From Mobula hypostoma (Eukaryota), in contig NC_086097.1 of assembly GCF_963921235.1 (NCBI RefSeq), positions 170,564,001 to 170,628,000 of the forward strand: a DNA stretch of 64,000 nucleotides, given 5' to 3'. Position numbers and translations under genes: made by a program. Shown in pieces: positions 1-11,670 of this stretch. How positions within the stretch are numbered: the first letter of the stretch is position 1; every line of letters begins with the position of its first letter. A model generated the notes under the pieces. The model searched no databases. It saw nothing but the letters and a program-made list of their open reading frames with translations, and had not been told where the DNA came from.

Positions 1-1150
1 CCCAAGGATAGCAAGTTGGATGGTTCTGAACACACACTTGTCCTTGTTATAGGTGAGCTTGAAAGCTTTGGCCGCTTGGAAAAATTTTTGCAAGTTGTTG
101 TCGTGATCCTGCCGGTCGTGACCGCAGATGGTGATGTTATCCAGATATGGGAACGTGGCCTTCAATTGGCACTGGTCCACCATCCGGTCCATTTCCCTCT
201 GGAAGACAGATACACCATTTGTGACACCGAAGGGGACACGCAGGAAATGATAAAACCTGCTGTCTGCCTCGAAGGCGGTGTAAGGGCGGTCCTCCCGACG
301 GATGGGGAGCTGATGGTAAGCGGATTTTAGGTCCATGGTTGAGTTAACCTTGTACTGTGCTATCTGATTAACCATATCCATGATGCGGGGTAGAGGGTAC
401 GTGTCGAGCTGCGTGAACCTCTTGATGGTCTGGCTATAGTCCACGACCATCCTATTTTTCTCCCCGTTCCGAACGATGACCACCTGCGCCCTCCAAGGAC
501 TTGTGCTTGCCTCAATGACCCCCTCCCTGAGCAGCCGCTGCACTTCCGACTTAATGAAAGCTCTGTCCCCCCCGCTGTACCTCCTGCTTTTAGTTGCCAC
601 AGGTTTACAGTCGGGGGTCAGATTGGCGAACAGCGGTGGGGGAGGGATCCTGAGGGTGGAGAGGCCGCAAGTGGCGTTGGTAGTGCGGCAGTTGGCATGA
701 TGTTGGGTGGGAAGTGCGGGTCGGTGTGTGTGTGTGGTCAGTAGCGGGGTATGTGATGTATCCCTACAAAACTGGGGATTTACGACAGTAATTGGTGGGA
801 GTGGCCCATCATGCTCCATTGTCATGCTTCTCAGGTGGCTCTGGAAGTTGAGCTCCAACAGCACAGGGGTACACAGTTGAGGCATGACCAGTAATGTAAA
901 GTCTGGATATTCTGTGCCCTGCACCACTAGCGTCGCTACACAGCCCCCCCGGATGTCTGTTGTATGCGACCGGGAAGCCATGGTGACCCTCTGACTTACT
1001 GGCCATATCATGAGTCCGCAATGCTGCACCGTGTCCGGGTGGATAAAACTCTCCGTGCTGCCTGTGTCAAACAGGCAGCTTGTCCTGCGCCCCTCCACCA
1101 GGATGTCCATCATTGACCTTGCGAGCTGGTGGGGGGCGCTTTGGTCGAGG
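1..1150 (-). pseudogene. pol: Gypsy Pol fragment: aspartic protease + reverse transcriptase (continues past the left edge)
   Basis: Manual translation gives SCLFDTGSTESFI (about 1040-1080), PWRAQVVIV..NRMVVDYSQTIKRFTQLDTYPLPRI..DLKSAYHQ..TAF..RVPFGVTNG..FPYLDNITICG (YLDN at 136-147). The RT frame is open to base 1. Confidence 0.92.
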
Positions 1151-1151
1151 G

Positions 1152-2071
1152 TCACGGAGGCCAGAGTTGAGTTGCTGTCTTGGTCCGGCGAGGTGGGGTG
1201 CCTTGTGAGCACCCATGGGTTGTAGGTGGTGCAAGGTGGCGTTGACCAAGATGGTAGCCCCCATGTCTCGCACATGGTGGCAGCATGCAGGCAAGATGGC
1301 GACCCCCATGCCTCACACATGGCGCTACTCGATCCCGCTTTGACTTACAGACCTTGGCGAAGTGGCCCTTCTTTCCGCAGCTGGAGCAGGTAGCTTCTTG
1401 GGCCGGGCAGCATTTCCGGGAGTGCTTCTCGAGTCCACAGAAGAAGCACTTTGCAGACTCGCGACTGGCAGCAGCTGTGGTCGATTCGCCGGGGGGTTGC
1501 AGGGTCTGCGGCGTCCATGAGGCTGTCAGGAGATCCCGTGCCTGGACAGCGTCAGAGTTGTGCAGACTGGTCTTCAGCATATCAGCCAGCTCAATCGCCG
1601 AACGTAAGGTAAGATCGGCGTGTTCCAGCAGCCGCTGGCGCACATACACTGACCTGGTCCCCGTGACGAAGGCGTCTCTTACTAGGAGCTCCGCGTGCTG
1701 TTCAGCCGTCAGCCCCCGGCAATCGCAGGTCCGCACGAGTATCTGTAGGGCCTGGACGAACTCAGCGCTCGACTCTCCGGGCCGCTGCTGCCACGACGCT
1801 AAGCGATGTCGCGCATAGATGGTGTTTACCAGCCACAGGTATTGTCTTCTGAGGGCACTCATCGCGCCGTCATAGCTCACCTGGTTTCTAATCATCGAGT
1901 AGACCCGTGGACTGACCCTGGAGAGGAGAACTCTGCACTTCGTGGTGGACTTGGTCACTTCAATCTCCTCCAGGTATGATTCGAAGCAGGCCAGCCAGAG
2001 TTCGAAAGTGTTTCCGGCTTCAGGTGTTTGTGGGTCGAGGTCTAACTGTCGGGTCTCAGGACGTATCCCAT
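1152..2071 (-). pseudogene. gag: Gypsy Gag (frameshifted shortly after the ATG at 2071)
   Basis: MGYVLRPD / LDLDPQTPEAGNTFELWLACFESYLEE continues into ORF 1152..1958, which has the knuckles CFFCGLEKHSRKCC and CSSCGKKGHFAKVC (Cx2Cx4Hx4C). Confidence 0.9.
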
Positions 2072-2096
2072 GCTTTAAAATTACTGCTAATAAAAT

Positions 2097-2326
2097 TGAT
2101 GCACTATCAATTACTCCAAAAGACTGGAAGTAGAGTAAATACTGAAAAGCTTTTATTAACAGTAAAATGTGACCTCCACCATGCTGAGTGTCTGCCCCTG
2201 GACTGAGAGGAGGAGCAGTGGCACAATCGCCTTTATTCAGGGGTCTGTGGGAGGAGCCACAGGAGCAGTCAGCAGAGGGGTGTGTCCAGACAGGTAACCC
2301 AGTTACAACATATATGTTTTACCACA
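2097..2326 (-). repeat. 5' LTR (~230 bp) of the Gypsy element
   Basis: Minus strand starts TGTGGTAAAAC (2326) and ends GATAGTGCATCA (2097), i.e. TG...CA. Minus-strand AATAAA at about 2152-2157. Abuts the gag leader on one side and interrupts a SINE on the other. The second LTR is outside the window, so the ends are inferred. Confidence 0.75.
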
Positions 2327-2506
2327 CCCATTTGACAAATTATCCTACTAACGTGCAAGTCTTTGGAGTGTGGGAGGAAACCGGAGCACTAGGAGGAAAC
2401 CCAGACAGTCATGGTGTAATGTACAAACTCCTCACAGATAGTGATGCAATTGACCCCTCATCATAGGTGCTGTAATGGTGTTAAATTAACTGCTATGTTA
2501 CCACAC
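2327..2506 (-). mobile_element. tRNA-derived SINE (HE1/V-SINE-like), interrupted by the Gypsy LTR
   Basis: ctttggagtgtgggaggaaaccggagcac is the reverse complement of the V-SINE core; a degenerate tRNA-like head follows. Confidence 0.8.
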
Positions 2507-2814
2507 TACGTATCTCTCTAGTGTTATGAGAATGACCTTCAAGTCTTTTTCTTGTCCTTCTGAACATGCCTTACCATGACTGAGCTCAGAGTAAAATGTT
2601 TATTTTGCAGGATCCTCTTGTTTCTGGAGTCTCATGCCTAACTTTCATCAACATGACCCTAAATCTGATAAAGTTTGGGAAACCAAACAGATTTCTCAGA
2701 CTCCATCCACCTTGGGGCAAACTCAGCACATTAACCTTTGATAGAACCAATGAATAGTGGAAATGTATGGCCCAAGGTGGAGGCCATTTAGCCAATTATA
2801 TCTTGGCTGCCCTT

Positions 2815-3485
2815 AAAAATGATCTCCCTGTTGCCAAACATTTTAATCTTCCTCTCCATTCCCACACCGACTTCTGCCACTGCCAAGTAGAGGCTAAATG
2901 CAAACTGGAGAAGCAGCACTTCATATAATGCCAGACAATTACAACCTAGTGGCATAAATACTGAATTCTCCAGGCTCCAGTAACGGCTCCTCTCTGTCCC
3001 TTTTCTATTTTCTCTCTCCTCCTGATCAACCTGGACCCACCACCATGAACCTCTCCCTCCCACAACATTACCCACATATGCCCTCTACTGGTTTCTTTCC
3101 CTCACTACTCCAATTTGCCTTCCTTATCTTCCCTTTATTCTATACTTCATCTTCCTCTCCTATCATATTCCACCATCAACTGCCTTTGTCATGTCCACCT
3201 CTCACCTCCCAGCTGATGCTATTCCCAATTTCCCCTCCCCTTCTGCCCGTCACCCTGTCCTCTCCTGGAACTGCTTATCACCTGCAGTTATTGATCCATC
3301 CCTTCTATTCTCTTCTTTTATACTAGCTATCTCTCCATTATCCTTTAGTCCAGGTGAAGGACTAATAGATAAAGGACTTAAAGTCAATGATTGACCTGAA
3401 ACACGAATGTTGCCTGACGTGCTAAGTTCCTTCAGCAATTTGAGTTGTTTCAGGCTCCAGCATCTGAGAGTTCACAGAGTCTCCT
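2815..3485 (+). mobile_element. Old Penelope-like element, 3' end
   Basis: Degenerate GIY-YIG C-terminus (LPVA.HFN..KLEKQH), pyrimidine tract, decayed HHR/pLTR tail. Confidence 0.75.
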
Positions 3486-4144
3486 TTTTTTTTGATCTTT
3501 TTTTATTATCTCTTTTGCTTAACATCACTTCCTCACTTCAACTTCACAGCTTGACTTCAACGTATAGTTGTGGCAATTCTAAACCCCCATATCTACAAAA
3601 TTCTTGGGAATCATAGATAACTGATGCTTATATTGAGTGTGTTAATCTTTCTCTGAATGGCTCTGATCACTCAGAATGGAAGAACATAGAATAATCCAAT
3701 CGCAGATATACCAATGTGATGCAGTACCACTCTGGACATCCAGCGAGCAGTTTGAACTCTGTATTTTCTCAGCTCCTCAAAAGAAAAAGGCTTGTTTATT
3801 TACTACTTAAAAAAAGCATGTCAATTAGCAACCATCGTATGCCTTTCATATATTAAAAAAAAATCTTAATTTTCAACATGAGTCTAACTGATCCCTCTTT
3901 TCTAAGGTGAGTAAAAAGCAGCTAACTGAGCAATCTGCCATCTGATGCAGTGGAATTCAGTTTAAGAATTCCACCGTCTGTTTATCTTCAGCTTCTGAAT
4001 GCTGAATTATTTTTCTAATTAACCAGATGTGAGCCAATTCAGTATGCAGGCAGGCGAGAGTAGTCTCCAGAACAGCACGCAGCTCCTGAAAACTCAAGGG
4101 AGCAAAGAGCCTGTGGGAATGAAGATGATGTTTAATTTACTCAT

Positions 4145-4690
4145 TGAATATGGAGTCCATTGCCAAGTGTAGCATTTATTGCCAATCCTTATTTGAGCCT
4201 TTATGGGATATTTCAGAGGTTGGTTGAGAGTTAATTACTTTTTTGTAGATCTGGAGTCACAGGCAGATCAGATATATAGGAAAACTGATTTTCTTCTTTT
4301 CACAGATTTTAAAAAAATGGCCTATTGGCACATAATTGTCCATATTGACCAAGATGTATGTTTAACCTAATCCTATTTCCCAGTGCTTAGCCCATATCCT
4401 TCTAAACTCTTGTCATCCATATATCTGTCCACATACTTGTTAAATGTATTTAACATACTTGCATTAACCTCTTCCTGCTCTGCCTGATTCCAGATACCAA
4501 CCTCCCTCTGAGTGGCAAATGTTATTTCACCTGTAACCTTAAAACAATGTCCTTTAGTTTTTAAAGTAACTCCAATCTGATAGTTTCATGCTCAGCATTA
4601 TTAATGTTAATTTTATCTACAGATGGCTTATATTCTTACACTAAAATCCCATTGCCTTCGTGAGATATTAAATTCGTACTTTCTAATTTA
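4145..4690 (-). mobile_element. Ancient Deu-SINE (SacSINE1-like) remnant, interrupted by a CR1 3' fragment (about 4310-4570)
   Basis: agcatttattgcca..ttcagagg..gagagttaa..tctggagtcaca..tagtttcatg resembles the reversed SacSINE1-type tail and body as I recall them. Confidence 0.5.
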
Positions 4691-4699
4691 AAATGTACC

Positions 4700-6199
4700 C
4701 TTGCAAGGCATCAGGCCCTGATGGTGTACTGCTAGGGCTCTGAAAACCTGTGCCAACCAACTGGCAAGAGTGTTCAAGGACATCTTGTATTTCTCACTGT
4801 TGCAGTCGAAGTTCCCACCTGCTTGAAAAGGGCGAAAATCATACCATGCCCATCAAGAGCAGGGTGAGCTGCCTCAATGACTATCGCTCAGTGGCACTAC
4901 ATCTACGGTGATGAAGTGCTTTGAGAGATTGGTCATGGCCAAAGTCAACTCCTGCCTATGCAAAAACCTGGACCCACTGTAATTTGTCTATCACCATAGA
5001 AGGTCTACAGTAGGTGCAATCTCATAAGCTCTCCAATCTGCCTTGGATCAACTGGACAACAGTAAAACCTATGTCAGGCTGCTGTTTATTGATTACAGCT
5101 CAGCATTCAACACAATCATTCCTCAGTTCTAATCAACAAGCTCCAAAACCTGGGCCAATCTACCTCCCTCTGCAACTGGATCTTTGACTTTCTCAGCAGG
5201 AGACCACAGTCTGTATGGAGTGGAAGTGACATCATGTCCTCGCTGATGATCAACACAGGCGCAGCTCAAGGGTGTGTGCTTATCCCATTGTTCTACTCTC
5301 TCTACACTTTCGACTGTGTGGCTAAGCACAGCACAAGTGCCACCGATAAATTTCCCAATGACGCAACTATTCTTTTGCAGAAATTTTAGATGGTGACAAG
5401 GAGGCATACAGGAGTGAGATAGTTCAGCTGTTTGAGAGATGTCACAACAACAACCTTGCACTCAACAACAGTAAGACCAAGGAATTTCTTGTGAACTTCA
5501 GGAAGGGGAAGTCAAGGGAACTCGTAAGAGTGCTCCACAAGGAATCCACAGTGGAAAGGGTGAGAAATTCCAAGTTCCCGAGTATCAACATCTCTGAAGA
5601 TCTACTCTGGGCCAACATTTTGATGCAGTTACAAAGAAGACATGACAGGAGCTATATTTCTTTAGGAGCTTGTTAAGAATTGGTATGTCACCAAAGACAC
5701 TTGCAAATTTCTGCAGATTCTACAAAGCATTCTGACTAGTTGCATCACCATCTGGTGTGGAGGAGCATCTACCCAGGATTGGTAAAAACTGCAGAGAGCT
5801 TAAATCAGCTAGATCCATCATGACCACTAGTCTCCCCAACATCCAGTGCACCTTCAAAAGGCGATACCTCAAAAAGTTAGCATCCTTTATTATTAAAGAC
5901 CTCCATGACCCAGGGCTTGCAATCTACTCATTGCTACCATCATGGAAGAGGTGCAGGAGCCTGAAGAAACACACTCAATGTTTCAGGAACAGCTTCTTCC
6001 CCTCTGCCATCAGATTTCTGAATGGATAAATAACTCATAAACAATACCTCACTATCTTTTCCCTCTCTGTTGGAACTACTTATTTAATTTAATTTTCTTT
6101 TAATATATATACTTACTGTAATTATAGTTTTTATTTTTCTGTATTGCAATGTACTGCTGCTGCAAAACAACAAATTTCACAACACATGCCAATGATATT
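4700..6199 (+). mobile_element. Rex1/Babar-like non-LTR retrotransposon, 5'-truncated and decayed
   Basis: RT remnants ([45 protein letters not shown]), C-terminus FRNSFFPSAIR, and a 3' UTR shared with other copies in the window. Confidence 0.85.
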
Positions 6200-6264
6200 A
6201 AGCAACATACATCAAAGTTGCTGGTGAACGCAGCAGGCCAAGCAGCATCTATAGGAAGAGGTGC

Positions 6265-6300
6265 AGTCGACGTTTCAGGCCGAGACCCTTTGTCAGGACT
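6265..6300 (-). ncRNA. Minimal type I hammerhead ribozyme motif (G8>A variant)
   Basis: AGUC CUGACAA AGG-gucucgg-CCU GAAAC GUC GACU: stem I AGUC/GACU, stem II, GAAAC, palindromic ACGU stem III, GUC cleavage triplet. Confidence 0.75.
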
Positions 6301-6595
6301 AACTGAAGGAAGAGTGAGTAAGGGATTTGAAAGCTGGAGGGGGAGGGGGAGATGCAAAATGATAGGAGAAGACAGGAGGGGGAGGGATAGAGCCGAGAGC
6401 TGGACAGGTGATAGGCAAAAGGGGATACGAGAGGATCATGGGACAGGAGGTCCGGGAAGAAAGACAAGGGGGGGGGTGACCCAGAGGATGGGCAAGAGGT
6501 ATATTCAGAGGGACAGAGGGAGAAAAAGGAGAGTGAGAGAAAGAATGTGTGCATAAAAATGAGTAACAGATGGGGTACGAGGGGGAGGTGGGGCC

Positions 6596-7492
6596 TTAGC
6601 GGAAGTTAGAGAAGTCGATGTTCATGCCATCAGGTTGGAGGCTACCCAGACGGAATATAAGGTGTTGTTCCTCCAACCTGAGTGTGGCTTCATCTTTACA
6701 GTAGAGGAGGCCGTGGATAGACATGTCAGAATGGGAATGGGACATGGAATTAAAATGTGTGGCCACTGGGAGATCCTGCTTTCTCTGGCGGACAGAGCGT
6801 AGATGTTCAGCAAAGCGGTCTCCCAGTCTGCGTCGGGTCTCACCAATATATAAAAGGCCACATCGGGAGCACCGGACGCAGTATATCACCCCAGTCGACT
6901 CACAGGTGAAGTGATGCCTCACCTGGAAGGACTGTTTGGGGCCCTGAATGGTGGTAAGGGAGGAAGTGTAAGGGCATGTGTAGCAGTTGTTCCGCTTACA
7001 CGGATAAGTGCCAGGAGGGAGATCAGTGGGGAGGGATGGGGGGGACGAATGGACAAGGGAGTTGTGTAGGGAGCGATCCCTGCGGAATGCAGAGAGAGGG
7101 GGGGAGGGAAAGATGTGCTTAGTGGTGGGATCCCGTCGGAGGTGGCGGAAGTTACGGAGAATAATATGTTGGACCCGGAGGCTTGGTGGGGTGGTAGGTG
7201 AGGACCAGGGGAACCCTATTCCTAGTGGGATGGTGGGAGGATGGAGTGAGAGCAGATGTACGTGAAATGGGGGGGATGCGTTTAAGAGCAGAGTTGATAG
7301 TGGAGGAAGGGAAGCCCCTTTCTTTAAAAAAGAAAGACATCTCCCTCGTCCTAGAATGAAAAGCCTCATCCTGAGAGCAGATGTGGCGGAGACGGAGGAA
7401 TTGCGAGAAGGGGATGGCGTTTTTGCAAGAGACAGGGTGAGAAGAGGAATAGTCCAGATAGCTGTGAGAGTCAGTAGGCTTATAGTAGACAT
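6596..7492 (-). pseudogene. PLE ORF C-terminus with GIY-YIG endonuclease (frameshifted)
   Basis: GVIY...YIG motif preceded by the Cys cluster CKRNNCYTC. Confidence 0.9.
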
Positions 7493-8834
7493 CAGTGGAT
7501 AAGCTGTCTCCAGAGACAGAGACAGAAAGATCTAGAAAGGGGAGGGAGGTGTTGGAAATGGACCAGGTAAACTTGAGGGCAGGGTGAAAGTTGGAGGCAA
7601 AGTTATAAATGTATGTCCAAGGAATAAAGTCCTAACCTATTCAATCCTTCCATATAACTCAGCTCCTCCAGTCCTGGCAACATCCTTGCAAGTTTTCCCT
7701 GTACTCCTTCAACCTTATTATGTCTTTAGATGGAATGGAAGGGAATGATGGGCAGAATATGCTGCAGCGATACAAAGGAATAAGGAGATGAAATTTGACT
7801 GATGGAACTATGCCCTTGAGTGAGACCTTTTGAAGAAATGTGAGGATGTGGGCATATTCTCTCTGTGACACCTTGAATTCCAACAGTTCATAAAGATATA
7901 CAGATTAATTGGCCATTGTAAGTTGCCCTAGTGTGCAAGTGAATGGTAGAATCTGCGGGTAGGAGGCAGTGAGGGAGGGTTGAAATTGATGAGAAAATGG
8001 GTTGAAAGGAAAATGGGATTAATGTAGGATTTGTGTAAACTTATGTCTTTACGCTGTACTGTTGCTGCAAAATGTCAACATCATTTAAAGCAAATTTAAT
8101 AAACCTGATTGTGATTCTGAAATTAGATAATGTTCAGCATGAACTCAATGGGCTGAAAGGCCTGTTTCCAACCCCTATGACTATCTCTGAAAGATTTAGG
8201 AATATCTGATTGATTCAAAGTGTTAGAAAGGCAATGGGATGAATGTATTGGGCGGACTTGTTGATTGTTCCATATCCCAGTGAAAAACACAGTGGAACAA
8301 GTCTTGGATGGTGATTGTGGGATGGAGATAAAGTGGGGAAATGCTAAAGCTGAGACATCTTTTGAGAGGCAAAATTACTTTAGTTATGATAAAGAGTGAG
8401 CATCTCAGAAAAACCATGCAGCACTTTTGATATAGTAAAAGGACATAATTTACCTCTTCTGATTTTTGCTAAGATATACTGTATATATTTTTTCCTTTGT
8501 GCACAATAAGGCTTGATTCACTGTGGAATAATAGGTACCATATATAATACAGATTGATATTATTACAATGCCAGTGATACATCATGAAGGTAGGCTTTCC
8601 ACACACTATTTCTGATGATCGATTTGTACTCAAATGTGGGAAACATGAGCAACAAATCAATCATTAACTACCAGTTTATGATCAAGGTTTCTCGTGTTGG
8701 AGAGCCTTCTGTCAAATACTGATAAGAATCTTAAGAAACTTTCACTGGGGAAGTGTTCTCTGTTGAAGAAGGGGATGTCCAATTTTATTTTTAATCAGCG
8801 AAAGGAAATTTGCCTGTGAGTCTAATTTATAGAG

Positions 8835-9100
8835 TGGTATGACGGAGCAGTAGTCAGTGCCGCTACCTTGCAGATCCAGGGACCTGAATCTATTCTGACA
8901 TCAACCGCAGCTTGAATGTTCTTTTCATGGTTGTGTGGGTTTCCTCTGAGTAGTCCAAGGTTTTATCCAAGACGTGCTTGTAGGCTCATTTTGCACTCTA
9001 AGTTACCTTTTAGTGTTGATTCATGCCAAAAGGAATCAACGTGGAAGAGAATAAGTTGTACAGGTGCTGGTGATTAAGGAAGGAATGGGACTGGTAGGTA
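8835..9100 (+). mobile_element. Old HE1/V-SINE-like SINE
   Basis: Degenerate tRNA-like head followed by gtgtgggtttcctctgagtagtcc. Confidence 0.6.
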
Positions 9101-9310
9101 CAGACAAGATGGTGGAGGAAATCAGTAGATCAAGCAGCATCTGTGGAGGGAAATGGACAGTTGACATTTCATGTTGAGTCCCCTCATATGGACAAAAGAT
9201 GGAGGGGACATAGCCAGTATAATGAGGTGAGCGGATGGGGTGGAGCAAGATCTGGCAGGTGGATTCAGGTGAGGAGGAGTAATTGGCAGATGGAGAAGCT
9301 AAGAGTTTGA
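9100..9310 (-). mobile_element. PLE pLTR remnant
   Basis: gcagcatctgtggagggaaatggacagttgacatttc plus a purine tract, same family as the other pLTRs. Confidence 0.7.
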
Positions 9311-9314
9311 CCAA

Positions 9315-10590
9315 GATGGGAACAGACCCTTTGGCCCAGTATGTCCATGCTGACCGGCAATGCCTATTTGGACTAACTCCATTTCCCTACATAATGACCA
9401 TATCCCTCTACTCCCTTGCTATACAAGTACCTGCCTAAAAGCCTGCTATCTGCTGTATCTTCCTCTGCCACCTACTATGACAGCTTGTTCACAGCGCCCT
9501 CTGTGTGGAAAAAGTTACTCCATAGGTTTCCTTTACTTTCTCCCCTTCACCTTAAACCTATGACCTCTAGTTTTAGAATCCCCTGCCCTGAGAAAAAGAC
9601 CATCTCCCCTATCGCTGTTCCTCATAATTCAGCATAATCAATCAGCCTCCTGTACTCTAGTGAGAACAAACCCAGCCTATCCAATCACCCCTGGTAACTA
9701 CTGCTCTCCATTCCTAGCAGCAGCATCATGGTGAATCTCTTCTGTGCTCTCTCTCTCTCATGTGGAAGTCACTCCCACCGGAGTGGTTGAATATATGAAT
9801 GTAAGCACATAAGAAACAGGAGCAGGAGTAGGCAATTTGGCCCATTGAGCCTGCTTTGCCATTCAATTAGATCATGGCTGATCTGGGCACAAACTTGGCT
9901 ATTTACCTCTCCCCCATAAAACTTAATTTCACTGCTATGCCAAAATCTATCCAACTGTGTCTTAAATATAATTGATGAGCTAGCCTCCACTGCTTCTCAA
10001 AGCAGAGATTTCCACAATTCACTATTCTGGGAAAAACAGTTTCTCCTTAGCTGCTTTTCATATCTATTCCCTTAAATCTTGAGACCATGTCCCTTAGATT
10101 TATTCTAATTTACCAGTAAAAACAACTTCCTTGCCTCTATCTTCCCGATCCCTTTCATAATTCTATGTTTCTATAAGATCACTTCTCATTCTTCTGAATT
10201 CTCGCGCTCTGGTGATGCTGTACTCCCTCATCAATGAAATCAGCCTGGTGAACTGGTTCTTCAGGCAAGTTGTACGGATACATTTAAGGATAGATAGGAC
10301 AAACTTAGGAGAGAAGGGAGCAGAGGACTACATTGACAGATCTAGGTAGGTAAAGTATGGCAAGATTGGGCCAAATAGCCAGTTTCTACTTTCAGTTTAT
10401 TCTTGCCAGCATGTTCAGCCATTCAAAGTAGTCACGGTTAATTTGTGACCTGACCCACTTTATCTCTTATTATCTCAATGCTTTTTGTGAACAAAAATCT
10501 ATTGAATTCACATTTAAAATGAACAAATAACCTGGCATCAGTCGTTGTTTTCTTTTGGTCTTTTCGAGTAGAAGTGTTTCCTAACTTCAA
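9315..10590. mobile_element. Cluster of CR1 LINE 3' fragments (mostly minus strand)
   Basis: Reversed CR1 3' UTR (acataagaaacaggagcaggagtaggc..) and ORF2 C-terminal remnants. Confidence 0.75.
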
Positions 10591-10899
10591 TCAATCAATT
10601 TAATCAATCTGTAAGTGTTCTGCCAAGGGCAATGAGGGGGTCTTGCATACAGATTTCCCACAGCATGAATCATTACCCAGCAGCCTCAGGCTGCTGATTT
10701 AAGCATGATAACTGTCTGAGACGATGCTGTGATGCATCTGGGTGATAATCTAACTGCCACTCACCCTTAACTCCATCTCTCTTTACTGACTTCAGCCAGA
10801 TACTGAAGGACTTGGGTAAATATTTAGAATCACAGGAAAATACTCAAACTCTGGGCAAATGTCTGGTGTGAGCAATGGTGTGGGCGGGCAATGAAGTTC

Positions 10900-11140
10900 A
10901 CTGATGACATCAGAGCTATGCTGACAAAGTCAGTCTTTGTTGTCCGTCCCTGCCAGCTATTGTGAAGTTGGTGGTGAGCTGCCTTCTTTGAATTGTTGAA
11001 GGTTTGGTGAAAGTATTCACACAGTAAGGAGGGAGGACCCGGTAACAATGAAGTACTTGAGATACGTTGCAAAGACAGGATGGTGTGCAATCTGCAGGGG
11101 AAGCTGCAATGGTAGTGCCCCAATCCACTTGAGTGATAGT
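10900..11140 (-). mobile_element. Ancient L2/CR1-like LINE 3' end (tail of the type shared with Deu-SINEs)
   Basis: gtggtgagctgccttct motif, also present near 36610 and 50540. Confidence 0.5.
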
Positions 11141-11315
11141 CATATAATTCGGAAACAGGCCCTTCGGCCCAACTGGTCTATGCCGACCAATGTTTATATC
11201 TGAGCTGTCCCATTGGCATGCTTTTGGCCCTTTCCCCCCAATACCTTCCTATCCATGCACCTTTTAAAATGTTGTTCATGTACCCACCTCAACCATTCCT
11301 TTGGCAGTTCATTCC

Positions 11316-11670
11316 TCAATATACAAGAGGCCACAGGGGGAGCACTGGACACAGTATATGACCGCAACAGACTCACAGGTGAAGTGTCATCTCACCTGGA
11401 AAGACTATTTTTGGTCCTGAATGGTAGTGAGGGAGGAGGTGTAGGAGCAGCTGCGGCACTTGTTCTGCTTGCAAGGATATGTGCCAGGAGGGAGATCAAT
11501 GGGGAGGGACGAATGAACAGGGGAGTCGTGTAGAGAGCGATCCCTGTGGAAAGCAGAAAGTGGGTGGGGGGGGGGGAGGGAAAGATGTGCTTGGTGGTGG
11601 GATCCTGTTGGAGATGCGGGAATTCCAGAGAATTATGTGCTGGACATGAAGGCTGATGGGGTGGTAGGTG
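11316..11670 (-). mobile_element. PLE internal fragment (linker/GIY-YIG)
   Basis: Near-identical to 6870-7200 (gactcacaggtgaagtg..cacctggaa..gagcgatccctg). Confidence 0.85.

Larger units (their letters stand above)
1..2326 (-). mobile_element. Ty3/Gypsy LTR retrotransposon, 5' half (5' LTR-gag-protease-RT), truncated by the window edge
   Basis: Order LTR, gag with two CCHC knuckles, DTG protease, RT on the minus strand. GC- and CpG-rich relative to the flanks, so probably young. Confidence 0.95.
6200..7605 (-). mobile_element. Penelope-like element, young, 5'-truncated (RT thumb + GIY-YIG + 3' pLTR)
   Basis: ORF 6596..7492 contains FTCESTGVIYCVRCSRCGLLYIGETRRRLGDRFAEH; NFASNFHP at the truncation point; HHR motif in the terminus. 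Confidence 0.95.

Noticed and set aside
16..1818. Plus-strand ORFs 16..330, 476..700 and 1285..1818
   Set aside because: Antisense shadows of the minus-strand Gypsy gag-pol.
2601..2790. Acceptor-like site at 2610 and an 11-bp inverted repeat (tccaccttggg / cccaaggtgga)
   Set aside because: No recognisable peptide or donor, and a single short inverted repeat is within chance expectation.
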